Program-made: the position numbers and the translations under genes | Notes under the pieces: generated by a model | Told to the model about the DNA's origin: nothing | Database searches by the model: none | What the model saw: only the letters and a program-made list of their open reading frames with translations | Shown here: one piece after another, positions 63,219 through 64,000 of the stretch | Layout of the letters: every line of letters starts with the position of its first letter | How positions within the stretch are numbered: position 1 is the first letter of the stretch | Assembly: GCA_023920165.1 (NCBI GenBank) | Contig: CP089274.1 | Span: 3,224,001-3,288,000 of the forward strand | Length of the DNA stretch: 64,000 nt | Origin: Curvularia clavata | Lineage: Eukaryota | Direction of reading: 5' to 3'

Positions 63219-63611
63219 ATTGGTGCTTGTGTTATTCATGAATTTGCTGGCTTGCAACAATGGGGGGTTATCTTTCACGGGTTATATTAGGGTCGAATTC
63301 AAGGGGAATGTATATAGGTTATGGATTAGAGCTCGGAATTGGATACACTGGTCAATGAAAAGTGCGAATCGTTCATGCTCTAGTGAGAAGTACCGTGATC
63401 TCTCTTTTGAGTGCGCCCAAATTAAGTTGATATTGGGTTGTCTAGGACTCTTGTCGCACCCTGCGTCTTTGGAGCTACAAGTAGAACACTAGTCACGAGA
63501 ACCGTCAGTAGACAGACAAGGGAAAGTAGAGAAAATGCCAATGTTTTGCTCGCTTGGTTTTCAAGCCAAGGTCTACTCGTACACGTTTATACCTGTCATC
63601 ACAAAGCTTGA

Positions 63612-64000
63612 CTACAAGAACTCGATGCCTACTCCGAAGCTCAGGCCCTTCCTGCCCTCCTCCTTGGCCCGCATGACCAATGGAAGGGAGAAGTTGATTT
63701 CGAATCGCGCAACGGGATGCGCATACACGAGTCCCAGACCAGCCGCCGCGCTCGGCAGTTCAGCAGTCAGAGTGGAGAATGATTTTTGGAGGGCACCATA
63801 CACGTCGCTTGAGCTGCCAAACGATCCGTCTTCCTTCTTGGAGTGGGGGTTCTTGAGCGCAAGAAGACGGCCACCATTGATGAAGGCTTGAAGGCGGAGG
63901 GGTGTTTCCTTTCCAACACGTGGGATGGGAAGGAGCAGTGATGCGCCACCAGCTGCGTAAATATCTCCACCTAGTGCGTCGGAGCCATCACGGGGACCGA
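63612..64000 (-). CDS. SAM50: SAM50/Tob55 (Omp85 family) C-terminal part, 5' end outside the window
   Basis: GPRDGSDALGGD.., PLRLQAFINGGRL, GLGLVYAHPVARFEINFSLPL, C-terminal beta-signal GLSFGVGIEFL*. Confidence 0.9.
   Translation of the reverse strand, partial: GPRDGSDALGGDIYAAGGASLLLPIPRVGKETPLRLQAFINGGRLLALKNPHSKKEDGSFGSSSDVYGALQKSFSTLTAELPSAAAGLGLVYAHPVARFEINFSLPLVMRAKEEGRKGLSFGVGIEFL

Overview
Intron-containing filamentous ascomycete DNA (GT-AG introns of ~45-135 nt with CTRAC branch sites; gene content and a RIP-mutated transposon suggest a Pezizomycotina, plausibly Dothideomycete/Pleosporales, genome). About 30 protein-coding genes, one tRNA-Thr(AGT) and one full-length RIP-inactivated Fot1/pogo-type DNA transposon (45-bp perfect TIRs, TA target duplication). 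Housekeeping genes (ETR1, Vip1-like RRM, Psk1/S6K-like kinase, ABC1/UbiB kinase, COX14-like, NOP8-like, BCS1, eIF3L, SAM50) are mixed with secreted or accessory genes (MRJP/yellow, CBP-like small Cys-rich protein, CBM18-CE4 chitin deacetylase, PI-PLC-like, BVMO, GT69, TAP-like hydrolase, lactonase, AA7 oxidase). Most interesting: (i) a tightly packed co-oriented trio of a split zinc-deaminase gene and two tandem paralogues of an unrecognised family sharing an intron position (55.5-59.1 kb); (ii) a divergent AA7 oxidase / secreted lactonase pair that would form a two-step aldonic-acid pathway; (iii) a Histoplasma CBP1-like secreted protein next to a chitin deacetylase; (iv) a small gene missed by the ORF track that appears to use a GC-AG intron. 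All family assignments come from motif recognition by eye; no database searches were run.
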